Assembly: GCA_043228905.1 (NCBI GenBank)
Contig: JBHGNT010000010.1
Location: 4,402,001-4,466,000 of the forward strand
Direction: 5' to 3'
Length of the DNA: 64,000 bases
From: Azolla caroliniana
Lineage: Eukaryota > Plantae > Polypodiophyta
A program made the position numbers and the translations under genes. Below are positions 37,075 through 54,409 of the stretch, piece after piece (the stretch's first letter is position 1; the number at the start of each line of letters is the position of its first letter). Below the pieces are notes generated by a model. That model searched no databases and had not been told where the DNA came from. It saw only the letters and a program-made list of their open reading frames with translations.

Positions 37075-38956
37075 AAGGGTAAGGAAAAGGATAAGATTTT
37101 GTGGCATCCGTTTTCCGATTTGTCCGAGCGAAGGAGAGCCCACCCAATCGGAGTCCTCCACGTGCCCCCCCCCCCACACACACACATGCATGCACCACTC
37201 CTTTTGTCCGGACATATCCTTCCGCAACCGTGTCCGTATGTCCCGCCTGCCCACCCGAACCACCCCTCCCGAACAACATATATTACCTTCCGATCTTCAT
37301 AGAGAGAGATCGCGAGATACGGCGGCACCCCATCAAGACATAATACGATCGTAATGTTGTCTCTCTACGCTAGGCTATATCTATCACTCGAGTGCATAGT
37401 ATGAACCATACGTACCATACGTGCATTCGCATTCTTCATTCAAGTATGGTAAACACCCCCCCCCCCCCAAGAGTATGGTAATATACCATACTTTTGTATT
37501 CATTATTTATTATAAGGTAGATTTATTTTAAAAGTAAGAAAGTTAAGGTTTTAAAAAAAAAAAATGTGTAAAAATAAAACATTCTTATGTTTTTTATAAC
37601 ATTCGCATTCGTTACATTCGCATGAAAACGAACGATTGCCAATGCATTCGAGTATGCTTGAGTGGGTCACGTTGGCACCTACACTCCCGTATAATGTTTC
37701 CGGTGGCGGGTATATCGCTGGCTTTGCCGGATATTTATTGACCGTGCCATGTGAAACCAAGGGATGCTACATACAGATATAGCTTTAGTGGGTATGGACG
37801 AGACCATCCTCGTATAGGCTTTTGGCTTAGAAAATGTGCATGCATCCCAATAAGTTACATCATCCTAGGATCGCATGGTCAAACACCTATCACTCTTTTT
37901 CACCTTTCGTTCTTCTCCACTTCTTTATGTGCTTTTGTCCCATTCAATCATGGCACAATGATGGTGGGTGCAATTGATTGTGCAAATTCATGCATTTCAA
38001 GCCATTCATAGTTTATAAGTTTTTTCCATGAGGAGACACAATTGAGTGTGCTCAATACATCGAAGAGGGACTTGCATTTCTATGCAATAGTTTTTATTTG
38101 TACCTTCATGCTTATCAACAAATAATATATACACCACACAATGGAAATGGTGACATTGTTGCTAGGTGCTAACATCTTGCAAACTCATCATATATTTCAG
38201 GCATCCTCTTATATTAATAATAAGCAAACCAAATGTGTAACACAAGGTTGTATTTTTCGAGTATTCTCTTATATTGATAATAAGCTTGCATTTGTTGTGA
38301 GGTGCCAATTAGTATGTCCTCAACGGATTCTATAAAAGCTAATCACATGGAACTCTTGTGTAAGTGGGTCATGACAACTACTCTTGCAATTACCATCTTT
38401 TCTATGATGCATTATATCACATGTGGAAAACCCGGAGAAGAGACGAAACCTCACAAAGAATCGTATGCAAGATAGGGACTACAATATCAATAAACTAAAA
38501 GCATTGAAAGAAAAAAAAAAGTGCAAAGATGCTCTAGGATATTATATGATCTATAGAACGCATGCTTAGCCAATCACACTGATATCTTGAAGATAATAAT
38601 ATATGGATTAGTCATAGCTTGAACATAATGGACTTTGTTGTGGAACATCCAAAGTGTCCATAGAGCACCCAATATATATCTTGGTTGAAGAAGTTGCATA
38701 TGGTTGCAAAGTCCTAAACAAATGACAAGATCTCCATAAAATCTTGACAAACATTAGTTGTTTAAGATAATTTTGTACTCGTAGTAGAAATTTTTTAAAG
38801 AGTCATCAGACAAGTCCACAAGAAGTGTATTATGTTTGTTAGCACCGAGTTTATGTTGTATGTATGTTGCAAGTGAGAATTTCCAACCTCGAGGAAGTAC
38901 CTATCTACACATGGCATAATCCAAATAAATACCTCCACGATATTCTGGTGTACCTT

Positions 38957-39228
38957 TGTAACAGGAATACACGCTCCCGATGAACAACGCTCGGCCACAA
39001 CCGAGCCTAGGATCAAACACAGAAAACGGGTAATGAACGCACGACACAATGAAGAGAAGAGTACACAGGATGTTAACGTGGAAAACCCAAACTAGGGAAA
39101 AAACCACGGCAGCCCACAGACTGCAAACTATCACTATATCACAATGTACAATAGTAAAGCACCGAGGCAACGACCTCGAGCTTGCTATCTTCGCCACGGG
39201 CGGCGGTTACAACAGAGGCAACGACCTC

Positions 39229-39264
<36 letters not shown>

Positions 39265-40736
39265 CACAGTTACACACTCAAATCTTGCACCAACAAGAAT
39301 AACAACTACAACATCACTAAGTTTGCCCTAAGTCATATTTATACTAATATGACTTTTCGGCTATTTACAAATATAGCCCCGATGGACTCTCAGAAAACAT
39401 ATTTATGAATATGTCCCTTCATCCGGTGAGCACTTCTCACCGGGCCTTCGCCATCCGGCTCTTACCGGGTACTCGTCATCCGGTTCTCACTGGGTCTTCC
39501 GTTGCCGGGTACTCGTCATTCGGTTTCGGCCTCGGCCGAGTTTGCTCATCAGCACTGTTCTTCTCACTTCCCATCCGGAGGGACCTGTTGCCCAAAGTGA
39601 CAACCAACATCTCCCAACTATCTGGGAGGGAACTGAGCAGGAGTAGCGCTAGTACCTCATCGGCGAGAGGTACTTCCAATGATGTTGCCTGGTGAATCAG
39701 CCCCTGGAAGGCATTCATGTGCTCCGCCATGCTGGAGCCATCTTGGTACCGGAGTCTTACTAGCTTCCGAAATACCGAAACCTGATTAACAGCATTTTTT
39801 TTTGAAACATAATGTTGATCTTCTCCCAGAGCTCATGAGCCTTGCTCTCTTCATTGAAGTTGTTGTATAGACTCATGTGGATGAAGCACCATATGTAAGC
39901 CGTTGTCTTCATGTGCATCACCTCCCATATCTTGGCATCGATTTTGTCCGATCTCTTGTCCCTGAACTGAACCAGTAACCAAAGATCTTTAACCACGAGC
40001 ATGTCCCTCATCTTCGACTTCCACACGGAATAGTTGGAGCCGGTGAGCTTGAACATGCCTCCCAACGATTCATCCATTTTCTATGTCTTTTCGCTCTGAT
40101 ACCACTTTGACAGGAATACACGCTCTCGATGAACAGCGCTCGGCCACAACCAAGCCTAGGATCAAACACAGAAAACGGGTAATGAACGCACGACACAATG
40201 AAGAGAAGAGTACACAGGATGTTAACGTGGAAAACCCAAACTAGGGAAAAAACCACGACAGCCCACAGACTGCAAACTATCACTATATCACAATGTACAA
40301 TAGTAAAGCACCGAGGCAACGACCTCGAGCTTGCTATCTTCGCCACAGGCGGCGGTTACAACAGAGACAACGACCTCTTCCTCTCTCTCTCTCTCTCTTT
40401 GTACACAGTTACACACTCAAATCTTGCACCAACAAGAATAACAACTACAGCATCACTAAGTTTGCCCTAAGTCATATTTATACTAATATGACTTTTCGGC
40501 TATTTACAAATATATCCCCAATGGACTCTCAGAAAACATATTAACGAATATGTCCCTTCATCTGGTGAGCACTTCTCACCGGGCCTTCGCCATCCGGCTC
40601 TTGCTGGGTACTCGTCATCCGGTTCTCACCGGGTCTTCCATTGCCGGGTACTCGTCATCCGGTTTCAGCCTCGGCGGAGTTTGCTCATCAGCACTGTTCT
40701 TCTCTCTTCCCATCCGGAGGGACCTGTTTCCTAACA
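38957..40736 (-). mobile_element. Internally deleted Ty1/Copia element: two LTRs of about 630 bp, tRNA-iMet PBS and only the 5' part of gag
   Basis: LTR copies about 38957-39588 and 40106-40736; PBS TGGTATCAGAGC (minus) at 40093-40104; gag KLTGSNYSVWKSKMRDML...LALLLLSSLPDSWE between them. Confidence 0.9.
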
Positions 40737-41370
40737 CTTTGTGTCACCTTTTGATCACCGACTACCCCCGCCCCACATCCACCACTCCATCCAAATCCTT
40801 TTTGGCGATCACCAGCAGATCTACCACTATTGTATGCAGGCTCGCTGCACCGAACACCTCAACAAGACCCTCGAGCATGAGATTGCCACTTACATCGATC
40901 TATTCCACAAAACCTGGGATCACATCTTGTTGTTTGTCACCCATGCCTACAACACATTCATACAAAGTGTCAATTAGGACCAGCCCCTTTCAAGCACTCT
41001 ACAGGCACAACCCTTGCCTCCCACCAAAGTCGTTCATCAACTTCCATTCCAGACATGCCCACATGGATGGGGCCACTTGGGGGATCTGTCTCCAACAAAT
41101 GCTCCCACTACTTCAACGAGACAACCCCCGAAACATGTAGGTCACACAACAACGCCAGAAGTGGCACTACGACGTGGGCCAAATTACCCCAACTTATTCC
41201 GTGGGAAACAAAGTCCTTGTTTACTTCTCGGTTCGGCAATGTGCCCTTAGGGAATCTTTCATGCCCTCCAGATCAGCCTATTCACCATAGTTCACGCCAT
41301 CAAATCCACTACTCGGCCGAGTCACCTCCGCCCACATTGCTCGCATCAAACCCTACGCCGCCCTAGGACC
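40737..41370 (+). mobile_element. Decayed Gypsy-type integrase remnant into which the Copia appears to be nested
   Basis: TEHLNKTLEH...KTWDHILLFVTHAYNT...SPFQALY, with frameshifts. Confidence 0.6.
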
Positions 41371-42551
41371 ATCTATTGCCATCCCTCCTTTAATTGTGCC
41401 GTAAAACTCCTTGTTTCTCTCAAGGGGGAAATGTGGTGTACCTTTATGCCGCCTTTTGAGCAAGCAAAAGTCTTCATGTTGTGTTGTACCTTTGTTCCTT
41501 TCTGCCACCTTTTTAGCAAGCATGTATGCATACATTAGTTGGTAGCCAAACCAACCCAGATGGGTATCTTTGTATTAACTATAAACCAACACAAGTTGGA
41601 AGTAAGAAGCAAGACAGTTTATTTCGGATCCTCTCTATGTGCATTTCACAATATGTTATTCTATATGCATTTTATTCATTTAAGCGTGGGATGATCTTGG
41701 AGGTAATCTTATTTCATTGAAGCATAGGATGAGGACATAAATGTATAGGAGACTTTGTATAAATTGCAATGTATGTCGATGACACATGTGAAATCGGTAT
41801 CCTCTTCTGGCTTTCAAAGAACAGAAGTCAATCTATTGCCATACAAAACGGTGATATCTTTAATGGTGCATATACCCATTGTGATCGTATGCAGGCTCTT
41901 TGCGAACATCAGAATGTTGGTGATCTCGATGAACATCGCTCTCCAACACATGATTTCTAATCAACTAGAGGCGCACGATCATGGCCTGCCTCCATCTTTT
42001 TCCATTCAAGGTGTTGCATAATAGGGAGAATCACCTCCATCTTTTTCCATTCAAGGTGTTGCATAATAGGGCAAATCACGTGGATATTTGGTACCATTAT
42101 TTACACGTTGAAAGCTCGGGATAAGGTCGTAAATCAGGCTCAACATGGAATGGAATAGAATGCTTATCGTTCGCAAGGAGCCCAAAAACTTGACAGTTCG
42201 GCCGGCCAGAAACGGAACACCCTTCACTTTGGCCCCGTGTTTTTGCGCAATCAAATCGCTCACGCATTGCCAAGTGGCAGCGCATTCCCGGCCGATGCCC
42301 CGAGGGCCACTCATGTGCGGCCACGTGGCATTCCCCGCCCTTCCGGGCCAATCACACGTTGCCACGTGTCCCACAAAGCTTCATAAGCCAGCTAGGCTGA
42401 TTTTTTTGTTTTGGTTAAGAGTATGTATGTATGTATGTATGTATGTATGTGTGTATAGTATCTCCATAGCCCAAGCACAGAACAGAGTACATACTCTGTT
42501 TCTCTCTGCCTGTTTCTCTGTCTGTCTGTCTCAGGTCTGTCTGTTCTTCCG

Positions 42552-45224
<2,673 letters not shown>

Positions 45225-47255
45225 CCCTATCAGATGTTAATAGTTTATCTTGCAAGAGTTATGCAAGCCTCTTCCATTTTTGACACAGTGACTAATCATT
45301 TCTTGACTGATTTGATCTCTTGTAAGTAATGCTGGTTGATGTATAGAAAATGCAATTTGAACAGAGTCTACTTATTCGAAAAATCAATGGTTAACCTATT
45401 AATGTTGGGTGTGAACTTAGATTGTTTATTGAGCTCCCATTCTTGAAAAGTATAAGTACTATCAAATTGCACGTGATGGTCAATACAAATATTTTGCACA
45501 TGTAATAAACACATAACATAGCGTTACTTGCATTAAGCACGTGAATGCAGATAGTAAGTATACGAACGTTATTAATTACTTGGCACTTTGCATGTGTGTA
45601 GTTTCATTTCTTTAATGTGTAGTGGCGTGTTCTAAATTCGTTTGTGAGAATGAACATGTTGCAGTGGTGATCATAGCCATAAACCAAAGCATAAATCATG
45701 AGAAAATGAGTCATGCAGAAAACTCTTAGCAAAACTGCAAACTGCAAAAAAGTGAACTATGCATGAGAAAAGTTCTTCGCCAAGTTTGCAAACCTTGGAA
45801 AAGTTAAGTAAAATACAAGAGTGGATCTTTGCCAAAACTCAAAGCATGAAAAAGTAAGCAAATTTAACTGCCTAAATTCAAATCATGAGAAAATGAACCA
45901 TGAACTTCCTTATTGACCCAACTTTAGCTACATCTAATAGTTATGGTCAAAGATCCCAATGAATAGTAACAAGGTTCTTTTAAGTACAGGAAAATCCAGG
46001 AAGATTTAAGATGGAGAATTTGGGGTGGTTCTTTGCTGAAATGCAAATCACAAAAAAATGAAGTAAATGGGTGCTTATTGACCTTAATTTAACATCATCT
46101 ACTACTCATCGTGATCAAAGTCCCCAATGAACAGCAGCAAGGTTCTTTACATAGAGCGATCCAGGAAAACATTAGAATATTATCCTCCATTCTCCTAAAG
46201 ATAGTGCTGAAGGCATTTTAATTATTCTTTCTAGAATGTCTTGTTTTCTATTTTTTTCTTTAGGGAATACTCATGTATGCCTGTTTTCAATGTTAAATTG
46301 TTTAAAAACCCATTGCTTCAGTTGTTAAGGGATACTATTTACTATATATACTATACTTGGCTCATTTCTTTGTAGAAGAAAAGAATCCAGCACTTATACT
46401 GGAACATAAAGATCCTTATTCTCATTTTTGAGAGTAGAAATTGATTCTTTGTTCTTCTCTACATATCACTTCACACTATATAGTAAATGACATCTTTGTC
46501 ATCTATAGATCTTCCCATGGCATCCAAACTTTTTTCCAACACAGGGCAACTATGTAGACCTAGTTTACAAGTGACACCATTATTTCTGGTGAATCCAGCA
46601 TTTATACTGGAATATACAAATCCATATTCTGGTTTTTGAGAGTAGAAATGGATTCTGTGTTCTTATCTGCTGATCATTTCACACCATATAGTAAATGACA
46701 TCTTTATCATGCATAGATCTTCCAAAATAGGGTTTTAAACCCAAATAACTTCCAACTATGTAGAACTAGTCTACAAGTGACACCATTATTTCTTATAGTA
46801 AATCAATAGAATATCCATCAATCACCGGCATGTTGATCAAGCTAAAAGCACATTAGACATTGTAAGTATAATGAAACAATGTGTTGATATGCATGTGTGA
46901 GTGAGGATTGATACACAAGGGTTTTGATAATCATATATCAATTTGTTTGCTCATTAAATACGTTAATACAAATAAAATGGGGAATCTCAGCACATGATGA
47001 TGTCATGAAAAGATTTAAATCCCATCTTGAAACTTAGAACGAATCCGGTACAACATGATGCTGAAAACATCAAGATACTATCTACCTACCTTCAAAACCA
47101 GCGGACTTCAAAAACCACAACTTGTTACTCCAATAGATACAAATTTACAGAACTTCAAAAAAGCAGAAAGATTGCACAAGCCATGTTGCGCAATCAATGT
47201 GGTCTTGAAGAACTCTAACAGAAATCTATGTGTCTTCGAGACCCTCATACAGGGA

Positions 47256-50200
47256 CTATACTGGTAGTTTATGTGCCTTCACAAGCTCCTCATAAACCAT
47301 GTCAATAAAGCGATCATTCTGCAGGTATCATAAAGAATAGAATAAAGTAACAATCTCCACATGTTTTTCTTCAAGTAAACTTTGAAGATCATATTGACAA
47401 TTGTTAAAAATCACCCCTGACTTGCAGAGATTGTCATCATTAAAATGATCAAGTTTGTTTTACCTCACAAGAATGGACCAATGGTTCAAACAAATGCAGC
47501 AAAAGACAACAGTAAATTTATTTATCTTTACATGAATGTGTATGCATATGCACCATAAGGACAGACCAAAGGTTCAAACCAACATAGCAAAAGACACAAG
47601 AATCACGTTTATTGGTCTTTGCATGAATGCATATACCCCATAAGAACAGACTGAAGGCTAAACATAACAGACATAGGAACATGCAATGATACATGAAATC
47701 TTTGCTTAAATGCACATATATCTGTAACTGGGGTCTAAAATGCAAGATTGAATTTCTTAAAGCAAATAAATGTGAATGTATTATGCGACCGGTTCAAACC
47801 AACGTAGCAAACAACACAAGAATCAGGTTTATTGGTCTTTACATGATTGCATATACCCCATAAGAACAGACTAAAGGCTAAACATAACAGACATAGGAAC
47901 ATGCAATATTTGCTTCTTAAATGCACATATATCCGTAACTGGGGTCTAAAATGCAAGATTGAATTTCTTAAAGCAAATAAATGTGAATATATTATGCAAC
48001 CTCAGTGCGCGTTAGGAGAATGCCTAAATGCCTTCAATTTGTTACACCTAAATGCCGGTGAATTTTTCTTTAAAACTTTACCTGCACCAAACGAACAAGG
48101 GCATCACGAACACCTTCTCTGCTCACAGATGGTTTGTGCAGAGCCACACTTGGTGATGCTAAGGAAGAAGATGGAGCAGGAGGAGGAAAAGGCTGTAATA
48201 ATGGAGCTCCAACAGAAGGCTGTAATACAGGTGGAGGATGAAGAGTGGGTCGTTGAGATGATGGTAAAGGAGGTGGCACAAAGAAGTACGGCTTCAATGG
48301 AACTTCTTGTGCAACAGTATTATTCGTACTAAAAGCCTCTTCCTCAACAGATTGATTTGTGGAGATTGGTGGTGGTGATGCTGATGAAGATGTGGAAGGT
48401 GGAGGTGGCATTGCCAGTGCTGGTGTAAATGTAGCCACAATTGGTGGATGCACTGATGATGTGTGACTAGGAATGCTTGATCTCACACCTAATGCTGATA
48501 CAGGTTCATGAGCATTGAGTTGCAAGGCATTCTGGAAAAGAAAACTCAATCTCAATCAACAACCAATCTAAGTTCTAGATTGCATCTCCAGATGTTTAAG
48601 GTATGGAAGAAAATGTAAAATTATTACACTGAAGAAATGTTCTAAAGGATCCTCTGTGGTTGCTGGAGCTGATGGGGGTTCCAAAGGACCCTCTACAGTT
48701 GCTGGGGTTGGAACAGCTTCCAATTCTTGGAACTCGTCACTGTCAGAAAGCAAGTAATTTCCCATTTATAATCTATTTTGGTGATTAGAGACAATTCACC
48801 AATTCAATTAGGCTAGGTGCAGTGGCATTTGCAGACAAGGTAAGGTGCCCACCATTAGTTGAAAAATCCTATCAGTTTATTGGGAATCTTGATTAACCTT
48901 AATCAGGTTTTAATATGGTTTTAGGACCTGGAAATGTTCTATTTTCTGCTGTGGAGTTACGTGTTCATAGTAATTTAGTTTTATTAATAGATCAAGTTAT
49001 ATTAAAATAGCTATTAATAACTATTAATGCACCAAAATATTTCCATAGAGAAGCCATAACAAATAGCTGCACAAATCACTTCTAAGATCAAAGATTGGGA
49101 AATATTTCCAAACAATCGAGAAACATAGTGGTCTGTCAATGTATCTTATTTACATTTATTCCTAATCATTTAGGGAAAACATGCAGCACCTTCATAATAA
49201 TTAAGCAACTTCAAGTTTCTCAACCAGTCTGAATTCTGCTTACCCTTGAGGAGAAAACACCTTCCGCTTTGGAGTGTTCTTGGAAAACGCACCTAAAATC
49301 CTGCACAGAAGATGCGTTCAAGCTCTAAATGCATTTTGGTTGCAATTTGATTAGCTATCTATTGATAAATTCCAGTAATCAATAGTACCGAGAGAACAAA
49401 TTTGCCACCCCCTCGCATTCCCGAGAATTATAAAACCATATGCCATTCACCTCTTGTGCTGCATTACGATAAAGTAAGTATGGCAATTGCACCTCATACT
49501 CAAAATCGTCAAGCAAATCTTCCACTAGGTTCTCTGCAGCACAAACAAATACTCAATGAAATTAATTATCATACTGCACTATATCCTCAAAACTTCACAA
49601 ATCTTGGTGGCCAACGTCTTGAAATAAATAAAGAGAAACAAGAATCAAGTTCTTATAAACTACCTGTGCTCCTTCGGTTCATAACAATGAATTGAAAACG
49701 TGGTTTTGTTCTCCTGCATTATTCTTCAGAAGTCAAACTGATGCTATGTAGCACAAAATTGAATCAAAATATATAAACCCACCTTTTAACTACAAATAGT
49801 GAGCCCTCTACATCTTTTCGACTCTGCAAAGAAAAAACAGTAAGATAAAATATGTGTTTTCTTCTATCAAAGTAAGCAAAATAATAAATGAATCTTAATT
49901 TTCCTTTGAAAGCATAGATTAAAGAGATTGAACACGGTGACACTCTATCAGATCTGATGTTATCAATATGATGACTCCCAATAGTGTGAGGGGTGACGTG
50001 AAAAATTAACATCAACTACAAAAGGCAAAATGTTACTTCTTGGTCATAATGTATGTATTCAATATTGTGAAACACATAGCCTGTGTTTCATGCCAAGGTG
50101 ATAGCTGACCATTGAAATTAATAAGGAGAAGCAATAAAAAGAAACAAACGAAGTTCCCAGATATATAGAAAATAGAGTACATGAACCACTGAAATTCGTT

Positions 50201-52017
50201 TTCCATCGAAATGAGCTTAATACAGCATGTGCATTGTATGGGCATGGTCATGCAAGAGATGTACCAGATCTAGCTTTCTAAAAGTTTTACATTGAAAATC
50301 CAAAGATAATGTAAACTCACACAGAGTATCTTTGAACTAACAAATTGAGTTAGAAATGTTAGGATTTGGTATATTCACATACAGGTTCACATTTGTTTTA
50401 TCTACTTCTCCAAAACCATTTTCTTATATCTTCAAAATTTTCTCATGCTCCAAATTGTGAACCTTATTTGAAACGTACCACGATAGTAATCAGCCACAAA
50501 AACATTGTTCACTGCCTAACCAAATTAGACTCACTACATGCATAAGCCTACCACCACCTTGCTCTACCCAATGCTCATGCTCACCCCACATGTTCCCTCT
50601 CCCTATGTTGTTGCACAAATGACAACTTTTTACATAACATGTTTCCAAATCTTTTAAGAAGTTAGTTTATTCCTTGCCTTCACAATGAGTTGTTCAACAG
50701 TATCTTCTTAGTTAATAAAAATAGGTAAGTTGATTTCACAGGACTAAAGTTGTACACTATTATATCATTTCCATTCATCTTAAACCACCGCTCCACTCCA
50801 ATTGTTACTCTTTCCCGATAAACACATAATTGCAATCATTAAGATGCTTAACTGTCATCTTGACATGAAACACTGAAGTTGCACACTATTTATATGGTCA
50901 TATGCAGCATTTCCATTCACAGCTAGGTTTCCTATTTATCTAAGTTGGAAACGAAAATGTGGTTAATGAATTCATTACATTTATGAACTAAAACCCTTCC
51001 CTTGTCAAGAACCTCGAGAAAATAACAAGAACATATAAAGAATCACAGATTATGATTGTTAAGGTAGAATAAAAATGTGGTTTGTAAAACAATTAAGCAA
51101 ACAAACTTTACAAGAAACACAAGCTAAACACAGAAATGTTTTAAGAAAATTAATATTTTGATGATTTAAATGTTTAATAGAAGATTTTTGGAGGTTCACA
51201 GGGCCAGATTGATTAGTTCTCTAAGTTCTTAAAGTTCGAACCAGAATTGTGGTTATTAATTCAAAGGATGCCCACAATCCTTGCTGGATATATTACCAAA
51301 AGATGATAGGTAGAAATCCTCAAGATGATATGATGAATCCTAGATTATATTTGTTATTTCTCAAATTCTCCAATAGTAGAAACGAGAATTGTGGTTATAC
51401 AAATCAAATAATCATAGAATTTTTTTAAATGAAATGAGAACTAAAAAGCACAAGAAATTAAGTTGATCAATTTAGATGCAGCTATGGAGAAAAAAATTTG
51501 TGGTTTTGTAAGCCAAAGAATTGCATACAATTTTTACATGAAATGTGACCTAAAACAAATAGCACAAAATTGAACAATGTAATCAAACAAAAATTTGTGG
51601 CCGAAGTAAAAGAATTATATGCATCTTTACATGAAACGTGAAACAAAACGAACAAAAATTAACAATGTAACCAAACAGAATTTGTGGCTTTGTAAACCAC
51701 AGAATTGCATGAAATTCGAAGTAAAAGGCACAAAACTAACATCTTGCTAAAAGTAAATGCAACTATGGAGCAAACGAAAATGTGTATTTCTATAAATAAA
51801 AGAATTTCATACAATCTTTAACATGAACTGTAACCTACAATATTTAATTGAAAAAGGCACTACTCACCCACTGGCACTTATCAACATCAAACTCATAAAG
51901 AGTGACATGTCCTGCTGTTAAAAGAATGTCTTCGATGTGATGATCCATTCGTTGAAGAACTGTAAGGTTAAGTTCCCATGTGCTTTGTTGGCTAATCAAT
52001 CTTCCATTCTGCGCCAT
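47256..52017 (-). CDS. DCP1: mRNA-decapping enzyme subunit DCP1 (EVH1 domain, Pro-rich linker, trimerisation helix), about 8 exons
   Basis: MAQNGRL...ELNLTVLQRMDHHIEDILLTAGHVTLYEFD...[37 protein letters not shown]...YLLYRNAAQEVNGIWFY...-EFQELEAVPT...GPLEP-...GAPLLQPFPPP...VRDALVRLVQ-NDRFIDMVYEELVKAH. Confidence 0.93.
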
Positions 52018-54409
52018 ACCTTCTTCTGGTTTCTCTTCTTTCTTTTTCTATTCCTGCGTTTATCTTTCTCTTCTGTCCCTATTTTTGTATCTTCTTCTAG
52101 GTTTTCAGCTTCCTCTACGGGGTAAACCTGAACAACCAGACCCCCCTACAATTCAAAACCCAAAAACAAACACATGAAACTGCGAAAGTTTCACGGATCT
52201 GATACCTGGAAATCAAACGGAAGAGGAGCTTACGGAGAATCGATGGGATGGTAACGAGTGAGGCACCAAAAAGGGAAGGATTAGAAACCCTAATTGGGTC
52301 GATCGAATTTGTGAACCTGCAGAGACAGACAGAGAAACTTTGGACAGAATACATATATACATATACATATATACATATATACATATACATATATATATAT
52401 ACATATATACATATACATATATATATATACATATACATATATATGTATATATGTATATGTATATGTATATATTTATATTTATATTTATATATAATATAAA
52501 TAAATAGATATTTATATTTACATATTTCATGATAATTACCATTTTTCTGTTCATAAAGTATGGCCCATGAATTGATTGCAATTTTTTCTACTTTACTCTT
52601 CTTGTTTTTGGCTAGTCTTACCTTTGAAGCATCATTAGGGTAGGGTACACATTCTCAAGTGTGCCCACATGGTCTCTCGCAGCATCGTCCATGAGCCCGC
52701 ATAGCACATGCCGAATCAGCCGAGCTCCTCTCTGTCACTACTACCCATAGTGGATCTGCGCCTTACGGTTTTATCCCGTCTACCTATCGGGCCAATCGAT
52801 ATGATAACCCTCGGATTTGCAGATATGAGTTTATATCTCTTCGTACACACAAAAAAAAACTCATGCTTGAATCGATAACCTTTGGATTTGGGAGTAACCC
52901 CAGCATCACATACTTGAGCGTGTGCCCCGGATTGACTTGCATGACCATGGCTTAAAGCAAAGTTTTCACAAAACAAAAAAACTCATGTAGTTTGTATGTG
53001 AGTATGGCGCACTATGGGAGTTCCATTCAATAAGCCAACATGGACAAACTCACTATAGTGTTTTGTCTTATTCATTCTGGACCCTCCCAATGCCCAATCA
53101 TGGTGGTGCTCCATGATTAGTTCTGGGAGCATTGGCCACTCTTGACACACATAGGGTATAACAAAAGCATCACTTTTTGACATCATTAGTTTATGTTTAG
53201 CCTTTTGATAGTAACTCCGCATTGAGTGTGATGGTCGACCGATTAAATACATTTTAAACATGGATCATGCGAACTAAAAGTATGTCACAACTAAAAAGAA
53301 TGTTTTATTGTTTGTACGAGTGATTTTCTTGTTCAAAGTATATGAGGTAGTTTTTCAAGCATTTGTTTGAATATGTTTCTTTTTTTAATATAACTCTATA
53401 AATCTAACCTATCATTGTCATGGCTTTGTATTGCAATCAATTCCCGATGATTTCTAGTTGTTTGAGTATTTGATTACTCGATGACAAACAAGACAATGAG
53501 TTATAAACACCACAAATGTTTTCTTTCATCTTTTTACAAGAAACATAGGTCAAGGGTTTTCTTCCTATGTGACACTAGTTCATGCTTGTTTTATATAGTC
53601 ACGCTCCCTTGTACATACCAAATTTCTGCGCACATACTTTTCAAAATGACTCTAATCGTCAAATAGGAAAGTAAAATGTCAACGAAAACATTGAAGCCCA
53701 TAAATATTGGCCTTCCTTATACTATGAATTGGAGACATCAATGTAATATCAATAGAGAAAATCACATGTGTAACAAATATGATATTTGCATGTATCAACA
53801 AAGTCTTCCACTATCACTATTGTTAAGCAAAACCTAGCATTTTGTCTTTGTATAGACACATACAATATGACATGGTGTCCATGTATCCTACTTATCATTA
53901 TTTTTCAAAAGTTCAAAAAGGAAGAATAAATAGTTATTTTCACAGCACAAACCCAACCAATATACTAACATTGCAACTAAAAATGATGAGATTTCATTCC
54001 TAAATTCTTTTTTTATTTGATTTTTATAGATTACGAAGAAAAAGTACAACTTTATTTATTGTGTGGATTACCAAAGACTTAAAGAATATCACTAAAACTG
54101 GTTGTCCCTACCTTGATGATAGAGATTCTCGAATGACTTGTAAAAAATGGATATTTACTCAAGATTGTTCTTTCTGGACTGTATGATTACTCATGATTAG
54201 GGAAGGGGGTGAACCACCGATTATTTTTTAGATGACAAAGTCTTTGAATATTTGAATGTAGTTTTCAACCTTACATATATGAATGGTATCCTTTGATAGC
54301 ATTTTGATGATTGTAAAGAATCGAAAGTGATTATGTGCAACGGAAGGTATGTGTAGTTGAGAGAGAAAGAGAGAGAAAATAGAGTTATACAAAAAAACCG
54401 AAAAACTGT

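Noticed and set aside
54030-54215. Possible Gypsy RT fragment (CVDY-like ... IREG-like)
   Set aside because: Too short and degenerate to support as a feature.
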